DNA from: a virus
Taxonomy: Duplodnaviria > Caudoviricetes
Strand: one strand, 5' to 3'
Length of the DNA stretch: 29,436 nucleotides
IMG/VR virus record: IMGVR_UViG_3300035135_000656
Coordinates: 1 to 29,436 of that record
Numbering within the stretch: position 1 is the first letter of the stretch; each line of letters opens with the position of its first letter. The position numbers and the translations under genes were made by a program. Positions 19,100 to 26,930 of this stretch are shown here, piece after piece. A model generated the notes under the pieces. The model saw only the letters and a program-made list of their open reading frames with translations. It had not been told where the DNA came from and searched no databases.

Positions 19100-19329
19100 T
19101 GGCTTGGGTAACTGTGCCAGGATCTAACGGTTTGTGGGAGTATGGAAATGATCCATCTGCCGGAGATTATTACGAAGACGCAAACGGTACAGTCACTAAT
19201 GGTATTAGAACGTTCACACCTACTGGTGGTAACACTCAGTACACATATGTAAAGTGTAGGAAAGTAGGAGATGGGAACAATACTGGTCCTTGGAGCGAAC
19301 TTTCCAAGAACTACTATGATGCGCAATAG
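19099..19329 (+). CDS. Small hypothetical virion-module protein
   Basis: TAATG coupling to upstream ORF; phage-typical codon usage. Confidence 0.7.
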   Translation: MAWVTVPGSNGLWEYGNDPSAGDYYEDANGTVTNGIRTFTPTGGNTQYTYVKCRKVGDGNNTGPWSELSKNYYDAQ

Positions 19330-19339
19330 TCTGAAAAGT

Positions 19340-19347
19340 TATAAATA
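19340..19347 (+). promoter_or_regulatory. Late promoter TATAAATA upstream of gp21
   Basis: Exact consensus, intergenic. Confidence 0.85.
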
Positions 19348-19377
19348 AAAGAAAATATTCGAGAGGAAACGAGAACA

Positions 19378-20064
19378 ATGAAACTGATCTCAGAAATTAC
19401 AGAAGATATCGGTATCTCTACCGAACTGAATGAAGAGACTGGTAAGAAGAGTTTCTTTATCGAAGGTATCTTTATGCAAGGTAACCTAAAGAACCGCAAC
19501 GGACGTATCTATCCTAGTGAAGTTCTTGATAAAGAAATGAGTCGTTATCAGAGAGAATTCATCGATACGAAACGTGCGCTTGGTGAACTTGGTCACCCAG
19601 ACGGACCACAGATTAACGGTGATCGTGTATCACACTTGATCACTTCAATGCATAGAGAAGGCGACAACTTCCATGGTAAGGCAAAGATCCTTGGCACACC
19701 AATGGGAGAAATCGTTAAGACATTCATCGACGAAGGTGTACGTTGCGGAGTATCCACACGTGGACTAGGTTCTGTGAAAAACAGAAATGGCGTAATGGAA
19801 GTTCAATCGGACTTTCATCTTGCAACAGTAGACATCGTTACAGACCCATCTGCGCCTAATGCGTTTGTAAATGGTATTATGGAAAATACAGAGTTCTACT
19901 ACGATGTTGCGTCTGGTAACTGGATTGCACAGCAACCAGTCGAGGAAGTAATTGAGGAAATTCAAGAAACTGTTGAGAAGCAATACAGAACTATTACTAA
20001 ACGTATTGACGAATCAACAGCAGCTAGAATGTTTGAAACATTTGTTAGTTCGTTAAGAAAATGA
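19378..20064 (+). CDS. gp21: Prohead protease gp21
   Basis: IEGIFMQ...KNRNGR.YP, RALGELGHP, VSH, GVSTRGLGS, DIV.DPSAP.AFV.GIME. Confidence 0.97.
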   Translation: MKLISEITEDIGISTELNEETGKKSFFIEGIFMQGNLKNRNGRIYPSEVLDKEMSRYQREFIDTKRALGELGHPDGPQINGDRVSHLITSMHREGDNFHGKAKILGTPMGEIVKTFIDEGVRCGVSTRGLGSVKNRNGVMEVQSDFHLATVDIVTDPSAPNAFVNGIMENTEFYYDVASGNWIAQQPVEEVIEEIQETVEKQYRTITKRIDESTAARMFETFVSSLRK

Positions 20065-20070
20065 ATTTTT

Positions 20071-20078
20071 TATAAATA
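20071..20078 (+). promoter_or_regulatory. Late promoter TATAAATA upstream of gp22
   Basis: Exact consensus, intergenic. Confidence 0.85.
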
Positions 20079-20123
20079 CTTTTTGTAATAAATAAATCAT
20101 AATTAGATTTAAGGAGAAAAACA

Positions 20124-21092
20124 ATGGCAGATGAAAAGAAAATTGTCTCTGACGATGGTGTTTCAACAGCGGCTGCGCCTGTTACGCCAGAGGGTGGGAC
20201 AAATAAGAAAAGAAAAGACAGCGCCAAAGGTGATAAGTCACCTGAAACTCTGAAGGCTGGTTACAAAGAAGACGCAGATGTAGATGCATCTGAAGAAGTT
20301 GTAGCAGAAGCCGAAGAAGTGGAAGTTGTAGAAGAGATCGTCATTGAAGAGTCTATCGCAGACATCTTCGAAGGGATGGATCTTTCAGAAGAATTCAAGG
20401 GCAAGGTAACAGTTGTTTTTGAAGCTGCAGTCACTGAAGCAGTTAAAGGTAAAGTGGAAAAGATCGAAGAAGAACTTAACACCAAACTGGAAACTGAGTT
20501 AGCGGAAGCGGTTGAATCTAAGGTTTCAGAAATGGTCGAAAACTTGGATGCATATCTTGATTATGTCGTTTCAGAATGGATGGAAGAAAATGAAGTCGCA
20601 ATCGAAGCTGGTATCAAGGTAGAGATGGCGGATTCTTTGATGGACGGTTTGAAAGATTTGTTCTCAGAACACAACATCAAAGTTGACGAAGAAACATATG
20701 ACGTAGTTTCTGATCTTGAAGAAGAAATGAAATCGTTAGAAGAAAAGTCAAATAACGTTGTCAACGAAAACATTCGTTTGGCAAAAGAAGTGGCGGATCT
20801 AAAAGCGGGTGCGATCTTCGAAGAAATGACAGGTGAACTGAATATGTCACAACGTGAACGTCTGAAGACTCTTTCAGAGAATCTAGATTCATCTGATCTA
20901 GACTCTTACAAAGAGAATCTACAGACAATCAAAGAGTCTTTCTTCAAAGAAACTAATGTTTCTCCAAAAGAAGATGTTGTTGACGAGGAAGACGAAGTAA
21001 TGATCGAAGAGGAAACAGTTGTACAACCTGCATCTGAAAATCCTTCAATCAATGCTCTTGTTGAGGCTCTCAACTCAAGAAAATCTAGATAA
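20124..21092 (+). CDS. gp22: Prohead core scaffold protein gp22
   Basis: LSEEFK.K...FEAAV, D.YLDYVV.EWM.EN..AIE.GIK.E, GLK.LF.EH, KESFF; E-rich coiled coil. Confidence 0.95.
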   Translation: MADEKKIVSDDGVSTAAAPVTPEGGTNKKRKDSAKGDKSPETLKAGYKEDADVDASEEVVAEAEEVEVVEEIVIEESIADIFEGMDLSEEFKGKVTVVFEAAVTEAVKGKVEKIEEELNTKLETELAEAVESKVSEMVENLDAYLDYVVSEWMEENEVAIEAGIKVEMADSLMDGLKDLFSEHNIKVDEETYDVVSDLEEEMKSLEEKSNNVVNENIRLAKEVADLKAGAIFEEMTGELNMSQRERLKTLSENLDSSDLDSYKENLQTIKESFFKETNVSPKEDVVDEEDEVMIEEETVVQPASENPSINALVEALNSRKSR

Positions 21093-21114
21093 TTTAAACT
21101 GAAAAAATAAAATT

Positions 21115-21122
21115 TATAAATA
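21115..21122 (+). promoter_or_regulatory. Late promoter TATAAATA upstream of gp23
   Basis: Exact consensus, intergenic; TAAGGAGA RBS downstream. Confidence 0.85.
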
Positions 21123-21160
21123 CATTCAGTAATTAAAATAACACTAAGGAGATAGAAAAA

Positions 21161-22450
21161 ATGACTGAGTCAAACTATCAAAAACTTGTGGAAAAGTGGG
21201 GCCCAATCCTTGAGCACGAATCTTTTTCACCAATCGCAGACCAACATCGTAAGTCTGTAACAGCGTCGATTCTGGAAAACACAGAAATTGCGCTACGTCA
21301 AGAAGGTGATGCATCTGTAAACATGTCATCATTGCTTTCTGAGGCACCTGCAAACGCAACTGGTGCTGGTGTTGACAACTACGATCCAGTGTTGATTTCA
21401 CTGATTCGTCGTTCTATGCCAAATCTGATCGCATATGATGTCGCTGGTGTACAACCAATGACTGGACCAACTGGTCTGATCTTCGCAATGCGTTCACGTC
21501 AGACTTCACAAGCGGGAACAGAAGCGTTCTACAATGAAGCAGACACTACATTCTCTGGTGCAGGTACTGACACTGGTGATATGGGTGGCGCAGTACCTAA
21601 CACATCTGTATTCGATACAGGTACAGGTATGACAACTGCAGAAGGTGAAGCACTAGGTGACGGTAACGGAACCAACTTTGCAGAAATGGCGTTCTCAATT
21701 GAGAAAGTAACTGTTGCTGCGAAAACACGTGCACTGAAAGCAGAGTACACAACTGAACTTGCACAAGACCTTAAAGCGGTACACGGTCTAGACGCAGAAA
21801 CAGAACTTGCAAACATCCTGCAAGCAGAAATTCTGACAGAGATCAACCGTGAAGTAGTACGTAACATCTATGCAACTGCGAAGCCAGGTGCACAGGGTAC
21901 TGCATCAGCAGGTATCTTTGACCTAGACGTAGACGCAAATGGTCGTTGGTCAGTTGAGAAGTTCAAAGGTCTAATGTTCCAGATCGAAACTGAAGCAAAC
22001 GAGATCGCAAAACAGACACGCCGTGGTAAAGGTAACATCGTAATCTGTTCTTCAGACGTTGCATCTGCACTACAAATGGCGGGTGTACTAGATTACGCAC
22101 CAGCGTTGAACAGCAACTCACTAGAAGTTGACTCAACAGGTAACACTTTCGCAGGTGTACTAAATGGTCGTTATCGTGTGTACATTGACCCATATGCGGG
22201 TTCTAACTACCTAGTAGTTGGTTACAAAGGTGCATCAGCATTCGACGCAGGTCTGTTCTACTGCCCATACGTACCACTACAGATGGTCCGTGCAGTGGGT
22301 GAGAACTCATTCCAACCAAAAATCGGATTTAAAACTCGCTACGGTATGGTTGCGAATCCATTTGCGGAAGGTACAACTGCAGGTAACGGTGATTTGGATC
22401 AAAATTCAAACAACTACTACCGCCGTGTACGAGTTACAAACTTGTTCTAA
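21161..22450 (+). CDS. gp23: Major capsid protein gp23
   Basis: KW.P.L, DPVLISLIRR.MPNLIAYD..GVQPMTGPTGLIFAMR, ALKAEYT.ELAQDLKAVHGLDAE, YCPYVPLQM, FQPKIGFKTRYG. Confidence 0.98.
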   Translation: MTESNYQKLVEKWGPILEHESFSPIADQHRKSVTASILENTEIALRQEGDASVNMSSLLSEAPANATGAGVDNYDPVLISLIRRSMPNLIAYDVAGVQPMTGPTGLIFAMRSRQTSQAGTEAFYNEADTTFSGAGTDTGDMGGAVPNTSVFDTGTGMTTAEGEALGDGNGTNFAEMAFSIEKVTVAAKTRALKAEYTTELAQDLKAVHGLDAETELANILQAEILTEINREVVRNIYATAKPGAQGTASAGIFDLDVDANGRWSVEKFKGLMFQIETEANEIAKQTRRGKGNIVICSSDVASALQMAGVLDYAPALNSNSLEVDSTGNTFAGVLNGRYRVYIDPYAGSNYLVVGYKGASAFDAGLFYCPYVPLQMVRAVGENSFQPKIGFKTRYGMVANPFAEGTTAGNGDLDQNSNNYYRRVRVTNLF

Positions 22451-22451
22451 T

Positions 22452-22479
22452 AATAAAAAGAAGGGCGGATCAACCGCCC
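22452..22479 (-). terminator. Hairpin GGGCGG-atcaa-CCGCCC, probable terminator for - strand transcripts
   Basis: 6-bp GC stem 22463-22479, preceded on + by an A-rich run (U-rich after the stem on -). Confidence 0.55.
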
Positions 22480-22495
22480 CACTTACTACCAAACT

Positions 22496-22522
22496 GGGAG
22501 ATCTTCGGATCTCCCTTTTTTT
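22496..22522 (+). terminator. Rho-independent terminator after gp23 with cUUCGg tetraloop
   Basis: GGGAGATC-TTCG-GATCTCCC followed by T7. Confidence 0.92.
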
Positions 22523-22748
22523 ATTTGCGTTCTACAATAAAACAACCTTCGGGTGAGTCTATCGCAGAGATCAGTTCTTCCCATTGACTAGGACTAATAG
22601 ACACCACTTCAAACCTATTCAACTCTTCATTCCATTGTCGGATAAAAACTATATCATCAAATGCATTGACGACAAGATCTTCGTGGTTTGCTTCCTCATC
22701 AACAATCTGGATCTGAATATCATCGTGATCAAATTCAACGGTGAACAT
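22521..22748 (-). CDS. Small acidic hypothetical protein
   Basis: MFTVEFD...ED....FDD.V.IRQ...L..A.DSPEG; recalls a small conserved Rhodobacteraceae protein (from memory, unverified). Confidence 0.7.
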   Translation of the reverse strand: MFTVEFDHDDIQIQIVDEEANHEDLVVNAFDDIVFIRQWNEELNRFEVVSISPSQWEELISAIDSPEGCFIVERK

Positions 22749-22902
22749 CTTCTTGATCCTTACGATACTCGCAGTAACCGTTCTTCCATCCTATTTCGTA
22801 ACCAGCCCACGCCATTACAAATCCAAAGAATGGAAAGAACAGTAGACCGTATAGACCATATGCAAATAGTATTGCGGCTGCATAATCATACCAACGTATC
22901 AT
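22735..22902 (-). CDS. Small membrane protein, 55 aa (not in ORF track)
   Basis: MIRWYDYAAAILFAYGLYGLLFFPFFGFVMAWAGYEIGW...; fills the gap exactly, with ATGA overlap to the upstream ORF. Confidence 0.65.
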   Translation of the reverse strand: MIRWYDYAAAILFAYGLYGLLFFPFFGFVMAWAGYEIGWKNGYCEYRKDQEDVHR

Positions 22903-23120
22903 GCACTTTCCTTTTCTGGTTCTGGGATATCAGTTTCGGGTAGACAAACGACTGCAAGGATTTCATCATTGAACCCTGCTTTCGCAATGACTTCAATCGC
23001 AAGACGATTAGAGTTCGCAGGATCATTTACATAATCAACACACTCGTATCTCACATCGAACTCTAACGTCTTGACTGCGAAGGGTTCCATACCCGCCATG
23101 AAGAAAACAATAAACCACAT
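22899..23120 (-). CDS. Small hypothetical protein with two Cys
   Basis: Likely start MWFIVFF at 23120 (TAATG coupling; GGGAG RBS). Confidence 0.65.
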   Translation of the reverse strand: MWFIVFFMAGMEPFAVKTLEFDVRYECVDYVNDPANSNRLAIEVIAKAGFNDEILAVVCLPETDIPEPEKESA

Positions 23121-23590
23121 TAAACAAACTCCCAGTTTCTCATATTGTAAATAGTATCTATGAAAGTCCCATGCCATCTAGGAGTCATCATATGGGGATA
23201 GTCATAACAAAAAGAATCTGGATCGATTAATTTTATATGTTTCCTATCAACGTCATACATTATATTATTAATACAATAATCTCTATGAACAAATACCTTT
23301 TGTCCATCAACTGACCAACTTTGCATCTTACCCCATAATACTATAACATCCGTTGTGATCTTTCTTTTTTCTGATATTTCAAGATCTCTAACACGTAGAG
23401 TGTCCGATAGAACAAATCCATTTATATCTTCCATAGTAAAAAATCCATTTTCGTGATCTACTGAAAATATTTCAACGAGTTCAGGATTTTCAGATTGGTA
23501 TTTTTTGTAGAGCGATTCCCATCTTCTCACGTTAAAATCGTCAAGTCCTCGCCAACAAAATGATTGATCGGTGAAATCTTTTGTTCTCAT
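23120..23590 (-). CDS. Minimal protein-kinase-like fold protein
   Basis: MEDING hinge-like segment, catalytic-loop-like VHRDYCINNIM, metal-binding-like IKLIDPD. Confidence 0.6.
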   Translation of the reverse strand: MRTKDFTDQSFCWRGLDDFNVRRWESLYKKYQSENPELVEIFSVDHENGFFTMEDINGFVLSDTLRVRDLEISEKRKITTDVIVLWGKMQSWSVDGQKVFVHRDYCINNIMYDVDRKHIKLIDPDSFCYDYPHMMTPRWHGTFIDTIYNMRNWEFV

Positions 23591-23784
23591 TCCTTTACAT
23601 TCAAGTTTGTTGGATCATACTGTTCGCCATTATAACCACTACCAGTTCCATCTACTCCACTATTGCAAGCAAATACAACTAGACATAAAAAGAATGCTGA
23701 CCACAGAGTAGCTCGTTTACTCCAAAGGATGAAACCATCCATTGCTTCTTCGGCTTGTTTCTGTGCTTGTTCTGCAGGAGTCAA
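23587..23784 (-). CDS. Small single-TM protein resembling aa3 cytochrome c oxidase subunit IV (CtaH-like)
   Basis: QAEEAMDGFILWSKRATLWSAFFLCLVVFACNS resembles the Q..TF.GFI..........L.FLA..NS pattern. Confidence 0.45.
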   Translation of the reverse strand: MTPAEQAQKQAEEAMDGFILWSKRATLWSAFFLCLVVFACNSGVDGTGSGYNGEQYDPTNLNVKE

Positions 23785-23785
23785 T

Positions 23786-24073
23786 CTACTGACTTTCGAT
23801 CTGTTTCTCAGGGTCGATCAGAATTGCTTCTGCAAACTCCATGAATTCTTCGTTACGTGCAGCTTCTTCCACCAAGTTTGAAGCGTGGAAAATCTTTGCG
23901 AGGCGATTGAAGTCTCGTTTAGGAATTCCCAAATCATCAAGCATCTTTTGCGCAATGTCTTTCTGTAAATCTTTTTGCGCTTCGATTTGGTAGAAAGAGT
24001 CTGACATTTCTTGCAGTGCTTTCTTAATCTCTTTACGATCTGCACTTGTAATTGTTGACGGCAAATCACTCAT
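23786..24073 (-). CDS. dsbA: T4 DsbA-like double-stranded DNA-binding protein
   Basis: 95-aa helical; E.SD....I......KDI......DLGIP...FNRL...FH.......E...EF matches T4 DsbA layout; AAGGAGA RBS. Confidence 0.75.
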   Translation of the reverse strand: MSDLPSTITSADRKEIKKALQEMSDSFYQIEAQKDLQKDIAQKMLDDLGIPKRDFNRLAKIFHASNLVEEAARNEEFMEFAEAILIDPEKQIESQ

Positions 24074-24091
24074 AATATTTATCTCCTTTTC

Positions 24092-24613
24092 TTACCTTCT
24101 ACCCCAAAATTCTATTGGTGCAACCTGCGGTGTTTTGTCAAATAAGTACCAACAACAGTTATCTTTACCTGTCATCTTACTGTCTTCGATCCATTTTACT
24201 CTACCAATACTAACAACTTTTTTAAGTCTTGATAGATATGGTGCAGACTGTCTAGTGTGCATCCAGTCTGCGTCGAACAATAACCACGTTGGAGCCATGT
24301 CCGAAAAATGATTAATCATGGGATGAAGTATTTTTCGGTCCCATGGTGGATTCGTGATGATGTATTTTGATTTTACTTGTTCTAATGAAAACGCATCACA
24401 CTCTGAAACTCTATTATCATGAGGTTCGATATCATATGCCGCCGTGCATAGACCACCATTGTTTTCTAGGTGATCTATGAGTCTTCCATCCCCCGCACAG
24501 GGTTCTGTAAATGTGTACCAATCCCCAATGTGTGGAAATAGTGGTTCTACTGCAGCATAAGGTGTCGGATAGAAGTCACGTGGAACTCTTTCAAAGTCAC
24601 TTCTCTTACCCAT
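24092..24613 (-). CDS. DNA amino-methyltransferase (probably N6-adenine), minimal orphan type
   Basis: DFYPTP, SAM-binding EPCAGDG, catalytic IITNPPW. Confidence 0.85.
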   Translation of the reverse strand: MGKRSDFERVPRDFYPTPYAAVEPLFPHIGDWYTFTEPCAGDGRLIDHLENNGGLCTAAYDIEPHDNRVSECDAFSLEQVKSKYIITNPPWDRKILHPMINHFSDMAPTWLLFDADWMHTRQSAPYLSRLKKVVSIGRVKWIEDSKMTGKDNCCWYLFDKTPQVAPIEFWGRR

Positions 24614-24625
24614 GAATAATACTCG

Positions 24626-24874
24626 TCATGAGTTTTCACGCTCCCAAGTTTCTGATTCCCAATTTTGTATAATGTTGCTGAAACCGATTTGCAGTGGTGA
24701 ATACTCGTTAAGATCGTTATCACGATACTCTTCAACTTCATTCATCTGTTCTTCAGTGAGATCCGCAATCTCATCTACACCATAGTATTCACAGACATAA
24801 CTATAAAGTTCGTCTGTTACTTCACGTTCAATATTTTCTTCCCATTTGTGAACTCGTGGAATATCAAATGACAT
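24626..24874 (-). CDS. Acidic hypothetical protein
   Basis: AAGGAGA RBS; tight packing. Confidence 0.75.
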   Translation of the reverse strand: MSFDIPRVHKWEENIEREVTDELYSYVCEYYGVDEIADLTEEQMNEVEEYRDNDLNEYSPLQIGFSNIIQNWESETWERENS

Positions 24875-24888
24875 TTATTTCTCCTTTA

Positions 24889-25218
24889 TTAGTCCCATAA
24901 GTTTTCGTAGTACTTTCCAAACAATCTAAAACCATTTGTCATACGTTCTTGTGTTGATATGTGGTCTTCATCCATAAGTGTATCAAAGTTATCACGTTTA
25001 TGTGTGAACGCCCAAATCATTTCATCTAAAATCTCATGCCATTCATCCATTGAACCTAAATTACTTGGATAACTATGTGTTGTTTCTTTTAACTTAGTGA
25101 GTAAAGGAACAATAACATAAGACAGAGTAACGTCTACACTCCAAGTATCCCAAGGATGGATTACTATTTGTGTTCCAACGCTATCGATTTCATCTGGATG
25201 TGGTATGTCAATTTTCAT
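24889..25218 (-). CDS. Conserved phage hypothetical protein
   Basis: DTWS.D.TL...I.P.L..LK...H.YP...EW..ILDEMIWAF...GF.LFGKYY.NLWD pattern; likely start MKIDIP at 25218. Confidence 0.75.
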   Translation of the reverse strand: MKIDIPHPDEIDSVGTQIVIHPWDTWSVDVTLSYVIVPLLTKLKETTHSYPSNLGSMDEWHEILDEMIWAFTHKRDNFDTLMDEDHISTQERMTNGFRLFGKYYENLWD

Positions 25219-25387
25219 AATAATAATCTTCTGGATCAAATGAAGTAGGATCATCAGCATAGTCAGGACCATTTATTTGTTTCCAGATATCACGATTAAT
25301 TCTACCATGTTTCTTCACAAACTCTGCTTCCGTCATATCGTATGCATCTTCCTGCATTTCAAAAACCCATTGTCCCATCTTAGACAT
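25208..25387 (-). CDS. Small hypothetical protein
   Basis: Likely start MSKMGQW at 25387 behind GAGGGGTG; the longer called ORF overlaps the neighbour. Confidence 0.65.
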   Translation of the reverse strand: MSKMGQWVFEMQEDAYDMTEAEFVKKHGRINRDIWKQINGPDYADDPTSFDPEDYYYEN

Positions 25388-25388
25388 A

Positions 25389-25841
25389 TCAACACCCCTC
25401 TGGATTATCTGGATCATATGGTTCGGTATCTTCAATAGCCTGCGCACGAGCATCTTCATACTCTTTTGTGAATGCGGGTTCTTTTTTACGAAGTACCAAA
25501 CCTTCACCTTCAGATTCTACCACAATAACATCCCCAATGTCAATACCTAGTTGAGCACAAATAGGACGTGGAATTTTCATGACCACATTGTCTGGATCGT
25601 CGGGAATGTCTTCAAAGATTTCATCGGCAGGAAAATCAGTAATACGTGTGTTCATGATAGGACCAGTACCAACAAGATAAACACTATCTATATCAAATGT
25701 GTACTGACACTCATCTATGATAGAATCAATTACAACGTCACGACCATCGACTGACACGACATCGCCCATAACGTTATCCCATTCACGTGCGAAGAAATTA
25801 TCTTCTTCCCACACATATACTTTATCACCCACTTCGATCAT
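25389..25841 (-). CDS. SH3/KOW-like N-terminus fused to AbrB/MazE-like DNA-binding domain
   Basis: IEVGDKVYV...GDVVSVDG, then VVMKIPRPICAQLGIDIGDVIVVESEGEGLVLRK (swapped-hairpin signature). Confidence 0.6.
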   Translation of the reverse strand: MIEVGDKVYVWEEDNFFAREWDNVMGDVVSVDGRDVVIDSIIDECQYTFDIDSVYLVGTGPIMNTRITDFPADEIFEDIPDDPDNVVMKIPRPICAQLGIDIGDVIVVESEGEGLVLRKKEPAFTKEYEDARAQAIEDTEPYDPDNPEGC

Positions 25842-25930
25842 GACTCTTCCTTTTGTGTTTCCCTTTCTTGTTTCTCTTCCTCTTCTTGACGGCGTTTCAA
25901 CTCTTCCACGAGCTCACTGAAAGTCATCAT
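25838..25930 (-). CDS. Tiny charged ORF, 30 aa (not in ORF track)
   Basis: MMTFSELVEELKRRQEEEEKQERETQKEES; ATGA overlaps at both ends. Confidence 0.5.
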   Translation of the reverse strand: MMTFSELVEELKRRQEEEEKQERETQKEES

Positions 25931-26142
25931 AGTCCGAGAACCTTTGCAGCGTTAGAATTAATAGACCCGCCTTCACGCATCCAATCTTCACACTGTTCAA
26001 AATAAAATGCAGCGTCTTCTTTACCTGCACGTTCCAACGATTCTTTCGCAGACTTGAAAAATGTAGTAAGAACCATTGCGTCGATCTTACCACCATCATT
26101 CAATGTTGCAGACTTCCACTTACCACCACGTTGATTACTCAT
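25927..26142 (-). CDS. Hypothetical protein
   Basis: GAGGTG RBS; coupled to neighbours. Confidence 0.7.
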   Translation of the reverse strand: MSNQRGGKWKSATLNDGGKIDAMVLTTFFKSAKESLERAGKEDAAFYFEQCEDWMREGGSINSNAAKVLGL

Positions 26143-26267
26143 CTTGACACCTCTTTGATTTCATAGATTGTCTTATCCAAAGATTGACCCGATAGATACG
26201 CCATTGCATCAACCTTGCGAGAACAGATGGCCACAGTTTGACCACCTTTGATTTTCACGATATACAT
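26139..26267 (-). CDS. Small hypothetical protein, 42 aa (not in ORF track)
   Basis: MYIVKIKGGQTVAICSRKVDAMAYL...; fills the gap, ATGA overlap. Confidence 0.55.
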   Translation of the reverse strand: MYIVKIKGGQTVAICSRKVDAMAYLSGQSLDKTIYEIKEVSR

Positions 26268-26268
26268 A

Positions 26269-26499
26269 TTACACCAAACCTTTCAACATGGCAAGCACTT
26301 CTGGAAATTCTTTCATCTGAGAAACTTCTTCATCAATGTGTGCAAGAACCAACATCTCACGCAGAGTTGCAATCTCTTGTAACTCTTCTTCAGTTTTTGA
26401 TTCTAGGAACCGTTGCATTTCTTCGACAGTATCGCACGCCCATAGTTCATCAAGAATTTTGATCTGATAACTGTTCATACCATCAATTGACATATCCAT
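26269..26499 (-). CDS. Hypothetical protein
   Basis: GGAGG RBS, TAATG coupling. Confidence 0.7.
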   Translation of the reverse strand: MDMSIDGMNSYQIKILDELWACDTVEEMQRFLESKTEEELQEIATLREMLVLAHIDEEVSQMKEFPEVLAMLKGLV

Positions 26500-26930
26500 T
26501 ACGCTGCCTCCAAGTTGTCATCAACGTATGTACGTTGATCGCCCTCAATTTTCATGACACATCCCCCTTCAGAGACATTGTCAATCCAACCAATGAACTT
26601 ACCTACAAGATGTTCAAAATCGGGATTGGTGGTACGATTAAGTTGATACCCACGCTTCAAGTAGTATTTACCACTCTTTGCAGAACGACGAACAACAGGA
26701 TCCAAATACAGGACACCGTCATCATACTCTTTTTGAGACTGGACATACCAAGACTCCCAATCGTCTGACTCTTCGTGAATACCAAGGATGTGTTCCCACT
26801 CATCCTCAATCATAGATGCGATTGCTTCCGCCTCTTCGATGGTGTCGACTTCGCAACAGATAGAACGTCCACCCTTTGCTTTGATGCGTGTGCCGTAGTC
26901 TTCATAACACTGAGTTTCAATAACAAACAT
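26499..26930 (-). CDS. Hypothetical early protein
   Basis: GAGGAG RBS, TAATG coupling; TQ..EDYG...K.KGG N-terminal motif. Confidence 0.75.
   Translation of the reverse strand: MFVIETQCYEDYGTRIKAKGGRSICCEVDTIEEAEAIASMIEDEWEHILGIHEESDDWESWYVQSQKEYDDGVLYLDPVVRRSAKSGKYYLKRGYQLNRTTNPDFEHLVGKFIGWIDNVSEGGCVMKIEGDQRTYVDDNLEAA

Noticed and set aside
12739-22450. Introns, inteins or homing endonucleases in gp17, gp18, gp20 or gp23
   Set aside because: The genes are continuous and of ordinary length, with no LAGLIDADG/HNH/GIY-YIG or intein motifs seen
630-22556. Many alternative-frame and antisense ORFs nested in structural genes (e.g. 630..932, 7457..7891, 12329..12757, 20261..20485, 21529..21867)
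   Set aside because: They are shadows of strongly biased codon usage in well-recognised genes, with no RBS or motifs
22450-22750. Absence of gp24 after gp23 as a novelty
   Set aside because: Common among T4-like phages distant from the T-evens; it may also lie elsewhere in the genome
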